From NCBI GenBank assembly GCA_964349875.1, contig CAYGIG010000001.1:52-64051 (forward strand): a stretch of DNA of 64,000 nucleotides, read 5' to 3'. The position numbers and the translations under genes are program-made. This DNA is from an uncultured Gammaproteobacteria bacterium. GTDB taxonomy: Bacteria > Patescibacteriota > Microgenomatia > CAYQLK01. How positions within the stretch are numbered: the stretch's first letter is position 1; each line of letters opens with the position of its first letter. Positions 9,845 through 20,249 of the stretch are shown piece after piece. The notes below the pieces were generated by a model. It saw only the letters and a list, made by a program, of their open reading frames with translations. It searched no databases and had not been told where the DNA came from.

Positions 9845-10273
9845 TTATGCTCCTTGTTTAGGCCATTTCCAGGCATACCAAATAATCAAGAATAGCAGTA
9901 AACTTTCAATAATCGTTCCAAAGATATAATACCCCCATTCTCCGATACAAGCACCAAGCGTGGTCACAATATAAAATATGCTAATAATGATGTTAGTACT
10001 GCGATTTACTTTTGGCTTAAGCACCAAAGACAGGAAAATCATCACGCTGGGGATGGCTATATAGAGCGTGGTAAAGAATAAAAATGTTTGACTAATCTGA
10101 AAAACAAACATTTTCCCATCCATTATTCCTTCAATAATCCCAGGTTTCATCAATGAAAAAATATCCACATATGCATATAAAAACATTACAGCTATCCATA
10201 ATGCTGAAATCTTGAGCTTTACATTTACTTTCACATCTTCCAGATTTCTTGTGGTATCTCTGTTTGAATTCAT
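9845..10273 (-). CDS. hypothetical membrane protein
   Basis: 4 predicted TM helices. Overlaps the start of the next ORF by 4 nt (operon-like). Confidence 0.45.
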   Translation of the reverse strand: MNSNRDTTRNLEDVKVNVKLKISALWIAVMFLYAYVDIFSLMKPGIIEGIMDGKMFVFQISQTFLFFTTLYIAIPSVMIFLSLVLKPKVNRSTNIIISIFYIVTTLGACIGEWGYYIFGTIIESLLLFLIIWYAWKWPKQGA

Positions 10274-11010
10274 TTTTTACTTCCTTTCCCCGCGTCTGAT
10301 TTGTCAGACAGAGAAGCGATCGCAGATGGATTGAATCCTTTGACTATCAGCCACACTGCCAGAACCATTTCCTGAAGAGCAATAGAAGCGGCCAAAATCA
10401 TTGTCACTCCAGCTATAGCAAAGGCAGGTCCGTGATATAAGGCGCTAAATACAGCAGTTAAAAGTAGGAGACAGCTGACAATACCCCAAACTGACAACCA
10501 ACGTGGAACCAGTTTTGTTTGGTAAAAAATTAGGTAGTAAGCAACGGCACCTAGAGAAAAAGCGATGACGGCAAAAATAAAGCCAGATACATCACGAGCT
10601 GTAAGTATGAAATTTCCCAAGGTTTGAAAATATGAATTATTGGGGCTCCCCGCCTTTAGATATTCTTGTCCGAGAACAATAAGCGACAATGACCCAACAG
10701 CGGAGACAATATAAAAAACAGACTCAACGGTGCGAAAAACGACTGAAGTTAGAGCAAGGTATGGATTATATTTTTTTAGAATCGGATAAAGACAGATAGC
10801 AATACTCACCGAGGCGAGTGCAGAGAGAAAGACTAACAATGAGCCTGTCTTTATATCTACAGCATTTGAGGAGACTAGACTAAGCCAGTTTGGAGAATTA
10901 AGGACTGAACCAATAAAACTAGTGCCGATAATATTGACGACGGTAGCTATTATAAATAACACACCAACTGTCCTTGCGATTTTTATATTTGTATTCATTT
11001 TCCCTTCCAC
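10270..11010 (-). CDS. hypothetical polytopic membrane protein (DUF4386-like)
   Basis: GTG start. 6-7 TM helices. Confidence 0.45.
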   Translation of the reverse strand: MEGKMNTNIKIARTVGVLFIIATVVNIIGTSFIGSVLNSPNWLSLVSSNAVDIKTGSLLVFLSALASVSIAICLYPILKKYNPYLALTSVVFRTVESVFYIVSAVGSLSLIVLGQEYLKAGSPNNSYFQTLGNFILTARDVSGFIFAVIAFSLGAVAYYLIFYQTKLVPRWLSVWGIVSCLLLLTAVFSALYHGPAFAIAGVTMILAASIALQEMVLAVWLIVKGFNPSAIASLSDKSDAGKGSKK

Positions 11011-11076
11011 AAGTCAATTATATTATATGCAAAAAAAGTCAATCCTGAGGCCAAAAACTATATCAAAATATATCAG

Positions 11077-11148
11077 CTCCTCGACTAGGATTCGAACCTA
11101 GAACCTACCGCTTAACAGGCGGGCGCTCTACCGTTGAGCTATCGAGGA
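11077..11148 (-). tRNA. tRNA-Asn (anticodon GTT), CCA not encoded
   Basis: Minus-strand sequence TCCTCGATAGCTCAACGGTAGAGCGCCCGCCTGTTAAGCGGTAGGTTCTAGGTTCGAATCCTAGTCGAGGAG. 7-bp acceptor stem, anticodon loop CTGTTAA, T-loop TTCGAAT. Confidence 0.85.
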
Positions 11149-11244
11149 CTATGCGCTAACTTCGATAATTAGCTTCAAGATTCTACCACTCTGACACCCG
11201 TTTGCAAAACCTCATTTTTTCCCGATTTTCCAGTTTACTGTATA

Positions 11245-11844
11245 ATGCAAGACATGTTCAAAAATATAGCTATCACAGCAATCACTATTTCTACTTTATT
11301 AAGCCCTTCGATGGCAATAGCTAGCGATGAAAGTGAAAATCGCTCAACTGAAGTTCAGGAAAAACGAGCAGAAATAAGATCGAATATTGAAGAAAAACGC
11401 GAAGAAATTAAAAACAAAGTTGAGGCTAAAAAAGAAGAAATTAAATTAAAATTCGTCGAAAAAAGAACCGAAACAGCAAATAAAGTTATTGAACGCCAAG
11501 CCAAACACGCAGACAATCTTGACAACATTATCCAAAGAGTCCAAGCCAGAATAGAAATCCTAAAAACCGAAGGTAAAGACACCGCTGCAGCCCAAACTGA
11601 ATTAGACAAGGCCAAAAGTACTCTAGCTGAAGTCTTAATTAGCATCACCACTTCTACCGATATTCTCAACTCAATTACCACAGACAACATTGACACAGAA
11701 TTTCCAAAACTCAAAGACTCCATAAGACTGACTCACCAAAAACTCGTCGCAACCCAGAAAGCAATTCGTAATTCAATTAATGAAATGAAGAAAGTATCTG
11801 ACCCGACTACTAAAGACGATTCAGAAAGATCTAAAAAAGAATAA
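11245..11844 (+). CDS. secreted coiled-coil protein (Lys/Glu-rich), hypothetical
   Basis: Signal peptide ending SPSMAIASDE. Highly charged heptad-like sequence. Confidence 0.5.
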   Translation: MQDMFKNIAITAITISTLLSPSMAIASDESENRSTEVQEKRAEIRSNIEEKREEIKNKVEAKKEEIKLKFVEKRTETANKVIERQAKHADNLDNIIQRVQARIEILKTEGKDTAAAQTELDKAKSTLAEVLISITTSTDILNSITTDNIDTEFPKLKDSIRLTHQKLVATQKAIRNSINEMKKVSDPTTKDDSERSKKE

Positions 11845-12077
11845 TGACTACCAAAAAACTTCTTATCGGAATAGCTCTAGTGTCCACACTCGCCGCTTGC
11901 TCTAGTTCCAAAGTTTCTAATGATGACATAAAACAGCTTGATACCAACAATTCTTCTTCTGAAACTCAAACAGACACACAAATGTCTGAATCCACAGAAA
12001 CGACAGACATTGATAAAGATCTAAATTCTCTTCAAATCACCGACCCAACTCAAGAGCTCACGACCTCCGAAAAGTAG
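11844..12077 (+). CDS. small lipoprotein, hypothetical
   Basis: Lipobox LAAC. Ser/Thr/Asp-rich mature part. Confidence 0.4.
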   Translation: MTTKKLLIGIALVSTLAACSSSKVSNDDIKQLDTNNSSSETQTDTQMSESTETTDIDKDLNSLQITDPTQELTTSEK

Positions 12078-12290
12078 GTTCTCACTCAAATTCCTTCGTA
12101 ATTTCGGCTAGGCTCATTACTTCAGTCAGTTTGAGCTACAAGCCTGCGTTTCAGGAAACCTGATGCTAAGTTCCTCATTCAACAGGATTTTCGATTTCTT
12201 TTAAGGAAGGGAAGAATGATCGTTTTTGTTTTATCAAAACTAAGCTTTGCTTAGAGTGAATTGAAGGGAAACCTTGGTGTCCCTTCAGGT

Positions 12291-13508
12291 TTAGAACTCC
12301 GCATAATCCCGCAACTTCTTTGCCCGAGACGGATGTCTTAATTTCCTAATAGCCTTAGCTTCGATTTGTCTAATTCGCTCACGTGTAACCCCAAATTCTT
12401 TTCCAACTTCTTCCAAAGTCCTCTGTTTTCCGTCTTCCAAGCCGAAACGGTATTCCAATACCTTTGCCTCTCTTGGTGTCAGCGTAGAAAAAACTTCCGC
12501 AATATGTTCTTTAAGTAGAGCTGCTGATGCTTGCTGGTCCGGCGAAGCAGTTTCATCGGGAATAAAATCACCCAATCTTGAATCCTCTTCTTCTCCGACT
12601 GGTTTTTCAAGACTCGTTGGTACTTGGCTCACTTTAATGATTTCACGCACTTTTGTAACTTCGATTTCCATTTCCCTAGCAATTTCTTCCGCGGTTGCTT
12701 CTCTCCCCAAATCCTGCATCATTCTTCTGCTCACACGACCGTATTTATTAATTGTCTCTACCATATGAACAGGAATACGAATTGTTCTTGCCTGGTCAGC
12801 GATTGCACGCGTTATAGCCTGTCTTATCCACCAGGTAGCATAGGTAGAAAACTTAAAACCGCGATGATAATCAAACTTGTCTGTCGCTCTCATCAGTCCA
12901 ATGTTCCCTTCTTCAATCAAATCCAGTAGAGTCAGTCCGCGATTAACGTATTTCTTGGCAATCGACACAACCAGTCTTAAATTAGAAGAAATTAGTTTCT
13001 GTTTAGCTGCAGCTGAACCAGCCTCAATAGCTTTAGCCAGTGCAACTTCTTCTTCATATTTCAGCAAAGGTACTTTTCCTATTTCTCTTAAGTACATTCT
13101 TACGGGATCAGAAACACCCAAATCTTCAGAAACAACAACTTCGTCAGTCTTTTCCTCCGCACCTTCTACTTTTTCAATCGTGTCAAAAACATCAACCCCA
13201 AGGTCGATCAATTTTGCATACAGCTGATCCAAATCTTTAATATGATCTTCAGGCTTTTCAAAAACTTTAAATATCTCATCCTGAGTCACATAACCATTAT
13301 CTTTACCTTTTTTAACTAGTTTTCGGATTTGAAGTTTCAGTTTTTCCTCCAAAGCTGATCTAATCGGCTTGATAACTGCAACCTTAGGAACTTTTGGCGC
13401 CTTAGGCTCTTTTATTGAAGCGCTTATTTTGGCCACTTTTGCTTCTTTTGGCTCTTTTTTAATTTTTGCAATTTTGGGTTGTTTTTTTGGTGTGGAAATT
13501 TTAGCCAT
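12291..13508 (-). CDS. rpoD: RNA polymerase sigma-70 factor RpoD with Lys-rich N-terminal extension
   Basis: Region 2 [20 protein letters not shown]. Region 4 [33 protein letters not shown]. Classical rpoD-dnaG adjacency. Confidence 0.95.
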   Translation of the reverse strand: MAKISTPKKQPKIAKIKKEPKEAKVAKISASIKEPKAPKVPKVAVIKPIRSALEEKLKLQIRKLVKKGKDNGYVTQDEIFKVFEKPEDHIKDLDQLYAKLIDLGVDVFDTIEKVEGAEEKTDEVVVSEDLGVSDPVRMYLREIGKVPLLKYEEEVALAKAIEAGSAAAKQKLISSNLRLVVSIAKKYVNRGLTLLDLIEEGNIGLMRATDKFDYHRGFKFSTYATWWIRQAITRAIADQARTIRIPVHMVETINKYGRVSRRMMQDLGREATAEEIAREMEIEVTKVREIIKVSQVPTSLEKPVGEEEDSRLGDFIPDETASPDQQASAALLKEHIAEVFSTLTPREAKVLEYRFGLEDGKQRTLEEVGKEFGVTRERIRQIEAKAIRKLRHPSRAKKLRDYAEF

Positions 13509-13512
13509 ATTT

Positions 13513-15348
13513 TTAGATCTTTTGTATTGACCTTAGTTTTTTAGATAATCTGGTGAACTTCCGGCTGTAGGTCGCAAGGTCGTGAACCTTACCCGAAGCA
13601 TCCAATTCTTTCAACTGATGTGTAATTGTATCCAAATTTGCTTTTAATGCAAGCGTGCAAAGCTGAACCGCTGACTTTTCCAAGGAGACATTATAACCAT
13701 GAGCCTCATCAATCACTTCAGAAAGATCCAATAAACACAGCTTATCAGCTCTTATGATGAGGTTTTCCGGCAAACTGTTTATAAACCTTGATTGGTCGAA
13801 ATACTCTTTTTTATCCTCGGACTTATGGAACTTGCCAGCACTTCTAAAAGGTTCATATTCAACCAAAAGTGTATAAATCTCTTTAATCTCCGAGTCCTCT
13901 ATATCTCCGATCTCCGGCCAAACGGTCAGTCCGCAAGAATAATCCCCAATCTGCAATAAGTGTGCCAAAAAGTATTCTTCCAGTCCGGATTTCTGCAAGT
14001 TCGAATTATCTAAGACTTTTTTAGCTTCGACTTCTTCGCCTCTGGAAAAGTCGCTCAGAGAATCAAGTGATCTGGATTTTGTTTTACTCATACTGCGCAT
14101 TATTACGTCCTCGCTGGTGTCCAATCGCTCAGCTAAGATCTTTACATAATGGTTTTTAACAATTTCATCACTAATTCCCGACAGCACTGGCAATAGCTCT
14201 TGTCCTATTTTTCTTTTTCCCTCGCTTGTTGTCCTATCAAAACTTCTAAATGCCCAGTCTATATAGTAGTCATATATTCCCTGCGCGTTTTTTATCGCCT
14301 CTTTCCACCCAGCCAAGTTAGTTTTTACCATCTCATCAGGATCTTTTACTCCTGACAAGGTAACCACTTTAACTACCAAACCGACGCTTTCTGCCAACTC
14401 TATCCCTCGTCTAGAAGCTGTATCTCCCGCTGTGTCCGAATCAAAACATATCAAAACATTCTCGGTAAGTCTTTTAATTACTCTTAATTGCCCATCGGTC
14501 AAAGCCGTTCCGCCGGTTGCAACCACATTCTTGGTTCCTGCTAAATACGCAGAGACCATATCAAACTGCCCCTCGACCAGTACCACACTATTTTCTTTGG
14601 CAATGTGCTTCCGTGAAAGGTGTATTCCATACAATAAGTTCCGCTTCGAAAACATCGGCGTCTCAGGAGTGTTCACATACTTTGCCTCTTTTGGATCACT
14701 CATTAAAGTCCTTCCCGAAAATCCAGCCAACCGTTCCGCAATATCACGAATGGGAAACATCACCCTTCCGCGAAACCGATCATAAAATCCTCCCCTGTCT
14801 TTACTGACAACCAGTCCCGACATTGCAATATCGGCCTGCGAAAATCCTTTTTTTATCAGCATGTTTATTAAAGAATCCCAAGAATTCGGTGCATATCCAA
14901 GCTCAAAAGTTTTTATATCCTCGACTTTTAACCCTCTTTCCTTTAGATATTTTCGAGCTTTCTCAGCCACTGGATGTGTTAGTAATATTTTGTGATAAAA
15001 ATCTTTGGCAGCCTCATTAATCGACAACAATGTTTCTTTTTGTGTGTCTTTTTGACCTCTGAATTTCTTTTCCAGTACAATCCCAGCTCTTTTGGCTAAT
15101 TTTTCCAAAGCTTCTGGAAAATCCAATCCTTCAATTTTTTCTAAAAAAGTAAATACATCTCCGCCCTCGCCGCAGCCGAAACACTTCCACGTTCCCCTTT
15201 CAGGATTAACCATAAATGACGGAGTTTTTTCCCCGTGAAACGGACACAATCCTTTCATATTTCTGCCCGAGCTTTTTAGCTGAACATATCCCTTGATAAC
15301 TTCAGCTATATCCGTCCTATCCTTTACCTGGCTTACCTGGTCTTGCAT
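13513..15348 (-). CDS. dnaG: DNA primase DnaG
   Basis: Zinc-binding [11 protein letters not shown]...[13 protein letters not shown]. Toprim region EGQFDMVS...DSDTAGDTA. Confidence 0.95.
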   Translation of the reverse strand: MQDQVSQVKDRTDIAEVIKGYVQLKSSGRNMKGLCPFHGEKTPSFMVNPERGTWKCFGCGEGGDVFTFLEKIEGLDFPEALEKLAKRAGIVLEKKFRGQKDTQKETLLSINEAAKDFYHKILLTHPVAEKARKYLKERGLKVEDIKTFELGYAPNSWDSLINMLIKKGFSQADIAMSGLVVSKDRGGFYDRFRGRVMFPIRDIAERLAGFSGRTLMSDPKEAKYVNTPETPMFSKRNLLYGIHLSRKHIAKENSVVLVEGQFDMVSAYLAGTKNVVATGGTALTDGQLRVIKRLTENVLICFDSDTAGDTASRRGIELAESVGLVVKVVTLSGVKDPDEMVKTNLAGWKEAIKNAQGIYDYYIDWAFRSFDRTTSEGKRKIGQELLPVLSGISDEIVKNHYVKILAERLDTSEDVIMRSMSKTKSRSLDSLSDFSRGEEVEAKKVLDNSNLQKSGLEEYFLAHLLQIGDYSCGLTVWPEIGDIEDSEIKEIYTLLVEYEPFRSAGKFHKSEDKKEYFDQSRFINSLPENLIIRADKLCLLDLSEVIDEAHGYNVSLEKSAVQLCTLALKANLDTITHQLKELDASGKVHDLATYSRKFTRLSKKLRSIQKI

Positions 15349-15584
15349 ACCTAAAGGAATATATCACAGCAGCCCATATAACCCAAAAATTTAACGGCTT
15401 TGCAAAAGCCTTTATCAGTTGTACACTAACCTCAAGCAGTGTTTCCTTAAATAAGAATCTCTGCTGCACATTTCAATCACTAAGGAGGAATTAGAAAAAA
15501 ATCTTAACCGAGCACGAATCAGGAAGGGATGGGAATTCTAGGCAAGGAAAAAAGGTCTAGGATAAACCATAACCGACGAAGGGG

Positions 15585-15815
15585 GCACCACTTGAGCAAA
15601 GAGATCGCCCAAACGGTCGGAGGCAAACGCTTTGCAGTGCTTCTCGCACTGATTGCTGTCTTCGCTGTTTTGGCAAAGTTCCTAGGGTAGGCCAAAAACC
15701 AACAAAGGGGCACCGTTTGAGTAATAAAGAGATCGCCCAAACGGTCGGAGGCAAACGCTTTGCATGGCTCGTCGCCATCATCGCCGCTTTCGCTGTTTTC
15801 GCAACCATCGGCAGC
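15585..15815 (+). repeat. tandem duplication (2 x ~115 bp, ~80% identical) covering the start of the GC-rich ORF
   Basis: The first copy encodes a truncated N-terminus (SKEIAQTVGGKRFAVLLALIAVFAVLAKFLG then a stop). The second copy is the start of ORF 15717..16709 (MSNKEIAQTVGGKRFAWLVAIIAAFAVFATIG). Confidence 0.7.
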
Positions 15816-16709
15816 CAGTGGCGTCACGCCTCGGCTTCCGAACTCAGCCCCGCCGACAACTCGCAGACAGTGCTTATGCCGTCTACGGCTAGCACCTCTG
15901 CCGATAGCGTGAACCTTCCCGACATCCGCGGCAGCACCGATGGTGCAATCGCCACAGTCGCTAACTTCACGGAAGTCGTCGGCTCCACTGTCTCGACCGT
16001 CAACGTCCCGCTCATAGCCGAACCTGGCTTCTGGGCATTCGTTGCCGCAACCGTCGCTTTCGTCGTACTCCTACGAGTCGTCACACTTGGCACTCTCGTG
16101 GAATGCGCCGACCCTCGTTACGTCCGTCGTCAAGACCTCGGCATGTACGGTCACCGCGCGCGGAAGGGCAACAGCCCGCCCAACTCGCTCGCAGCCCGCT
16201 CGACTTGGCTTCGTACTACTGACACTTCGGGGACAAGCAAACGATCCGGGCTTAAACGTGCATCGCACGTGACTATTACCCGCGACACGCTGCTGTCCGC
16301 GAACACCACGACGACCTCGCGCAAGACGCATGCTGTCACCAGCGCGATCTTCGGTCGACTACACGCCGCCTTCATCACATTCGTCGGCGCCGTCAGAACC
16401 TCGATTTCGTATTTCCGAAGGGCCATCGCCTCAGCCGGAACGGCCATGATTTCGTCGCTCAAGCGCTTTGGAGCAGGATCCGCGTATCCGCTCATCGCAC
16501 ACAAGTCATTCGTCCGCGTCGCCAGCGCCAGTCGCACATCCGCCTTCGCGACTCACAGGCAACTCAGTAAGTCCGAATTCCTCCACCATATCAGCTTCGA
16601 CAGCAACGCCGGCAAACGCGCCGACAGCCAAAACAGTGGCTGGCTCTCGAACCTGATGAACTCGCTGTACGGAAACGGCCCTTCGCCGGCTCTCGTGCTC
16701 CGACTCTAA
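15717..16709 (+). CDS. hypothetical membrane-anchored Ser/Thr/Ala/Arg-rich protein inside a high-GC segment (TTG start)
   Basis: Longest ORF in a ~1.3 kb segment of about 60% GC. All six frames are open there. One N-terminal TM helix, then low-complexity sequence. Coding status uncertain. Confidence 0.3.
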   Translation: MSNKEIAQTVGGKRFAWLVAIIAAFAVFATIGSQWRHASASELSPADNSQTVLMPSTASTSADSVNLPDIRGSTDGAIATVANFTEVVGSTVSTVNVPLIAEPGFWAFVAATVAFVVLLRVVTLGTLVECADPRYVRRQDLGMYGHRARKGNSPPNSLAARSTWLRTTDTSGTSKRSGLKRASHVTITRDTLLSANTTTTSRKTHAVTSAIFGRLHAAFITFVGAVRTSISYFRRAIASAGTAMISSLKRFGAGSAYPLIAHKSFVRVASASRTSAFATHRQLSKSEFLHHISFDSNAGKRADSQNSGWLSNLMNSLYGNGPSPALVLRL

Positions 16710-17155
16710 GACGTCCCACTCCGTCCCCAAGAGGGAGGGTTTGCGCCTAATAAACGCGCCCGCTTGCACCTCAACCTCCTAAAAAGAGGCGTCTTACTTA
16801 CCCCAATAGTGGGAACAAAGGCTTACCAAGCACCTTGCTCAATGCTAATGGACTTCTCCATTATGCTTGGATTTGCCAGCGTTACCCGTCCCTCGGGCCC
16901 GTTTCGGATTAACCTCCGACCGGGCCCCCTTTCTTGCCCAAATCTCTCAATATTTCCCTTAATCAGCTTTATTTTTTACTTTTTACTCAACCCATACTTT
17001 CCTTTAACGATTTTACTGTGAACGCCTTTTGACGAGCGACGGCGAGGCAAGGAGCTCGACGCTAGCAAGCCAAAGAGCTGAAGTGAACAGTGAAATCAAA
17101 AAACATTGTTTCTACGAAGTAGAAAACTCCTATTAATGGAAAACGAAAACTAATT

Positions 17156-17674
17156 TTATATTTGGATTTTTGAAAAATCCGTCCTGGAAACGGCAATCTT
17201 AAACCACGATGTATATTTGTTGGGACTTCTCTCAATCTCTTTCTTCAAATCACCCATACTAATCCAAAGATAATCATGAGCCTCGTTTTTATTAAGAATC
17301 GGATTTCCTTCATAAATGCCTATAAAAATATGATCAAATTCGTGTTCAAACAGTCCCTCAAATTCCGTTTTGTAAACAAAACTATCAACCTCTCTCAATT
17401 CACATTCAATCCCCATCTCCTCCTTCAGTCTTCTTTTTGCCCCAGCTATTGTTTCTTCCCCTACTCTCGGATGTGAGCAGCAGGTATTTGTCCAGAGTCC
17501 GGCAGAATGATATTTATCTAACGCTCTTCTCTGTAATAATGTTTCACCTTTGGAATTAAATACAAAAACCGAAAACGCACGATGCAGCCTCCCAGCGCGA
17601 TGGATATCCATCTTTTCGCCAGTACCTATTTGCTTATCGTCTTTATCAACGAGAATTATTATTTCTTCCCTCAT
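17156..17674 (-). CDS. idi: isopentenyl-diphosphate delta-isomerase type 1 (Nudix fold)
   Basis: HRAFSVFVFNSKGETLLQRRALDKYHSAGLWTNTCCSHP and EHEFDHIF match IDI-1 signature regions including the catalytic Cys and Glu. Confidence 0.8.
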   Translation of the reverse strand: MREEIIILVDKDDKQIGTGEKMDIHRAGRLHRAFSVFVFNSKGETLLQRRALDKYHSAGLWTNTCCSHPRVGEETIAGAKRRLKEEMGIECELREVDSFVYKTEFEGLFEHEFDHIFIGIYEGNPILNKNEAHDYLWISMGDLKKEIERSPNKYTSWFKIAVSRTDFSKIQI

Positions 17675-17686
17675 CCTGTGGCAAAA

Positions 17687-18079
17687 TTATTCCGTGGTCT
17701 TACCGTCAAAATGTTCTTCCTGCTCCTCGGCGTCTTTTTTGGTGTGTCTGACAATTCCATCTTGGTGCTCAGGAGGAGAATAAACTGTATAAAGCTTTAG
17801 TTCATTATCTCCAGAATTAATCACGTTGTGCACACATCCCGCAGGAATAACTACCGCATAATCTGCACCTGCCTCTTGTTCTACTCCGTCCAAAACTACT
17901 TTGGCTGTACCCTGCTCAAAACGAATGAACTGATCTAGTGTGTGAACTTCTTCCCCTATTTCTTCGCCAACAGCTATCGACATCAGTACCAACTGGCTAT
18001 TTTTGCCCGTATAAAGCACTCTGCGAAAATCAGTATTTTCCAGTGTCGCTTTCTCAATATTAGTCAAATATCCTTTCAT
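17687..18079 (-). CDS. cupin domain protein
   Basis: Cupin motifs G-x5-H-x-H-like (EEVHTLDQF) and PAGCVHNVINSGDNELKLY. Confidence 0.6.
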   Translation of the reverse strand: MKGYLTNIEKATLENTDFRRVLYTGKNSQLVLMSIAVGEEIGEEVHTLDQFIRFEQGTAKVVLDGVEQEAGADYAVVIPAGCVHNVINSGDNELKLYTVYSPPEHQDGIVRHTKKDAEEQEEHFDGKTTE

Positions 18080-18164
18080 AAATATTCCTTTCTTTGATTA
18101 TTCTGTCTTATATTTTATATTGTACCCACTACAAGAGAAACTGTTAGTGTCTCTTTAGAGTGTC

Positions 18165-18257
<93 letters not shown>

Positions 18258-18280
18258 TAATAATTCACCCTACTTAACAG

Positions 18281-18398
18281 GTCGAACAAGGTTCTCAAAC
18301 TTTAGTTTGAGGTTCTTATGCGACCTCTCCAAAATTTTTAGTCGAAAAGGCTGAACAAGAATCCAAAATAAAATTTTTGATTCTTCTGCGACCTCTCC
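18281..18398 (-). repeat. two tandem copies of a ~50-nt tRNA-Ser-5'-derived hairpin repeat (18281..18330 and 18341..18398)
   Basis: Each unit, read on the minus strand, starts GGAGAGGTCGCA(T/G)AAGAA(C/T)C, identical to the first 14 nt of tRNA-Ser. A short variable perfect palindrome follows (CTCAAACT/AGTTTGAG, or CAAAAT/ATTTTTG), then (G/A)GAA(C/T)CTTGTTCGAC. A third copy is at 26197..26248. Confidence 0.7.
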
Positions 18399-18503
18399 TT
18401 GTTGCCTATTCAGGCCGATATATTCTACCTGAGATTAACTTAAGTGTAAAAAACGAAAAAATAGTCTCGCAGAAAAAAACCTCAAGTACTACAATATTCC
18501 TAC

Positions 18504-18620
18504 GCTAAAAGCCATAATTGTTTCCCGCAAAGGCTTACCCGCAACATCAAACCTATACAAAAAAAATCAAATCAAAACTAGAAATAGTTGAGAGCAACCA
18601 AAAAGCCGATTTTATTCTTA
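18504..18620 (+). pseudogene. degenerate duplicate of the 5' end of nadK (~117 bp, ~85% identity to 25187..25305)
   Basis: gctaaaagccataattgtttcccgcaaaggcttacccgcaacatcaaacctatacaaaaaa... parallels the nadK start MLKAIIVSRKGLPTTSNLYKKIKSKLEIVESGQKADFIL. No complete ORF. Confidence 0.7.
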
Positions 18621-18630
18621 ATTTTGTCGC

Positions 18631-19203
18631 TCATATCTCAAATTCTTTTACTTCTAAGTGATTCCATGGAAACTTGCGTAACAGATCAATCACTATTCGC
18701 GGATTACTTCTCCATTCCAACATTCCCGTTAATGAGCATGCTAAATGTCTAAAAAAAGTTCCATGCGCTACCACAGCCACAGTCTTGCACCCCTTCTCTT
18801 TATCTTCGAGTAGCAGCTTGTGAAACAAAGCAGCCCTGTCTGCAATCTCTGCGTACGACTCTCCATCCTCAGGCTTCCAGTCCGGATCATATTTATCATT
18901 TTTATGATCTTCCCAAAACTGCACCAGCTCTGCCTTACTAGCGCCGATAAACCGCGATGGTCTGACGTACTCGTTTATTAGCGGTGTATAAACAACGTCT
19001 GCTCTATCTGGAAAAATTAATCCTGCCGTCTGTTTGGCCCTTATTAGCTCTGAACAATATATATTGTCAGGGTTGACTACCTCCAACTGCGCCCGCTTGA
19101 TACCCGCAATTGTTTCGTCGTCATTGACAATTGGATCCACAGTCCCTTGGACGACCTCCTCAGTCGTTTCTATCTTGGCGTGCCTTATTAAGTATATTTT
19201 CAT
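18631..19203 (-). CDS. histidine phosphatase (phosphoglycerate mutase-like) family protein
   Basis: N-terminal IYLIRHAK catalytic His motif. C-terminal AVVAHGTFFRHL second His. Confidence 0.65.
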   Translation of the reverse strand: MKIYLIRHAKIETTEEVVQGTVDPIVNDDETIAGIKRAQLEVVNPDNIYCSELIRAKQTAGLIFPDRADVVYTPLINEYVRPSRFIGASKAELVQFWEDHKNDKYDPDWKPEDGESYAEIADRAALFHKLLLEDKEKGCKTVAVVAHGTFFRHLACSLTGMLEWRSNPRIVIDLLRKFPWNHLEVKEFEI

Positions 19204-20183
19204 CCGAGTATTTGTTTGGCTTCATACATAGCTGTCAAAAGATGTTGCACACCATACTCTTCACACACAGTCGTAAAGGACTTGTCTCGCAAAAAAGCAA
19301 TACTCCGACCGATATTGTTCGCCACATATGCCGCAGTTCTGAGTTTTAAGGTCGGGTCATCTTCCTCATGTTCTTTGAGATAGTCCAAAACGCGCTGCTT
19401 GATTGCCTCAGTCGTTTCGGTCTGCCTAGGTAAAGCAGATGCAAATTCGGCCTTCTCATCCTCCACATTAGGTGAACCAATCACACCTGGAAAATCTGCG
19501 TTAAACAAATACGTCCTCGCAAAGATATTTCCCAGCACCCAAGCTAAATCATAATAACCGGCAAAACGAGCATCAATTACTTTGTAAGCGCCACTTTCCG
19601 GATCTTTGGGGACCAAAATATTGCCGAGATTTTCATCACCATGAGACAGCACCAATTGAGGAGGCTCGATTGCAAAACCTCTTTCCTGAATGTCAAAAAA
19701 CTCGTCAAGCGATCCGATATCGACCCCTCCCGTGACAATCGGTATAGCGCCAGAGACACCCAGTCTCTCTTCCGCCGCTTGCCTGAACTTTGGCATAACT
19801 CGCAAAGCGATTTCGGCATAATTTCTAATTAGTTTTTCACTCTCGAACGGTATGGCAGTCTTTTCCCACATCGAAACCAGGTCGCCAAAAAAAGCATCAA
19901 AACTCTCGACTGCTTTTTTGTCATTTTGGTTCGTCAGATCATTGACAGTCTCACTCGGACAGTACCGTACGATCAAACTCGGTCTACCGTCGATATCTAT
20001 CCGCTTGGTCGGCAACACCGACAGATAGTCTTTAATCTTTTGCCATCCGGCATACTCCTCATCGACAAACTGCGTTTTTATGACACTATTGACATGCTCT
20101 CTACCTGTATAGACGATCTCCCCCGTTGTCCCTGCTTGTTTAGATTCAAATGATCTCATCACCCTACCTATTTGCTCCGTCAT
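19200..20183 (-). CDS. phosphotransferase (APH/choline-kinase-like) family protein
   Basis: Brenner motif LSHGDENLGNILV. DARFAGYYD metal-binding segment. Confidence 0.65.
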   Translation of the reverse strand: MTEQIGRVMRSFESKQAGTTGEIVYTGREHVNSVIKTQFVDEEYAGWQKIKDYLSVLPTKRIDIDGRPSLIVRYCPSETVNDLTNQNDKKAVESFDAFFGDLVSMWEKTAIPFESEKLIRNYAEIALRVMPKFRQAAEERLGVSGAIPIVTGGVDIGSLDEFFDIQERGFAIEPPQLVLSHGDENLGNILVPKDPESGAYKVIDARFAGYYDLAWVLGNIFARTYLFNADFPGVIGSPNVEDEKAEFASALPRQTETTEAIKQRVLDYLKEHEEDDPTLKLRTAAYVANNIGRSIAFLRDKSFTTVCEEYGVQHLLTAMYEAKQILG

Positions 20184-20249
20184 ATTTACCTAATATTCTA
20201 CCACTTGTGCGAGTCTAATCTGGATCACAAGTTCTAGAACGTATTACCC

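Noticed and set aside
12267-12290. GAAGGGA-N10-TCCCTTC inverted repeat just downstream of rpoD
   Set aside because: It is a possible terminator, but it lacks a T-run on the relevant (minus) strand. Too weak to call.
15519-16769. Multiple overlapping ORFs on both strands in the GC-rich block (for example 15557..15808, 16071..16331, 16151..16537, 16506..16769)
   Set aside because: High GC leaves all frames open. Only the longest plus-strand ORF is listed, and even that with low confidence.
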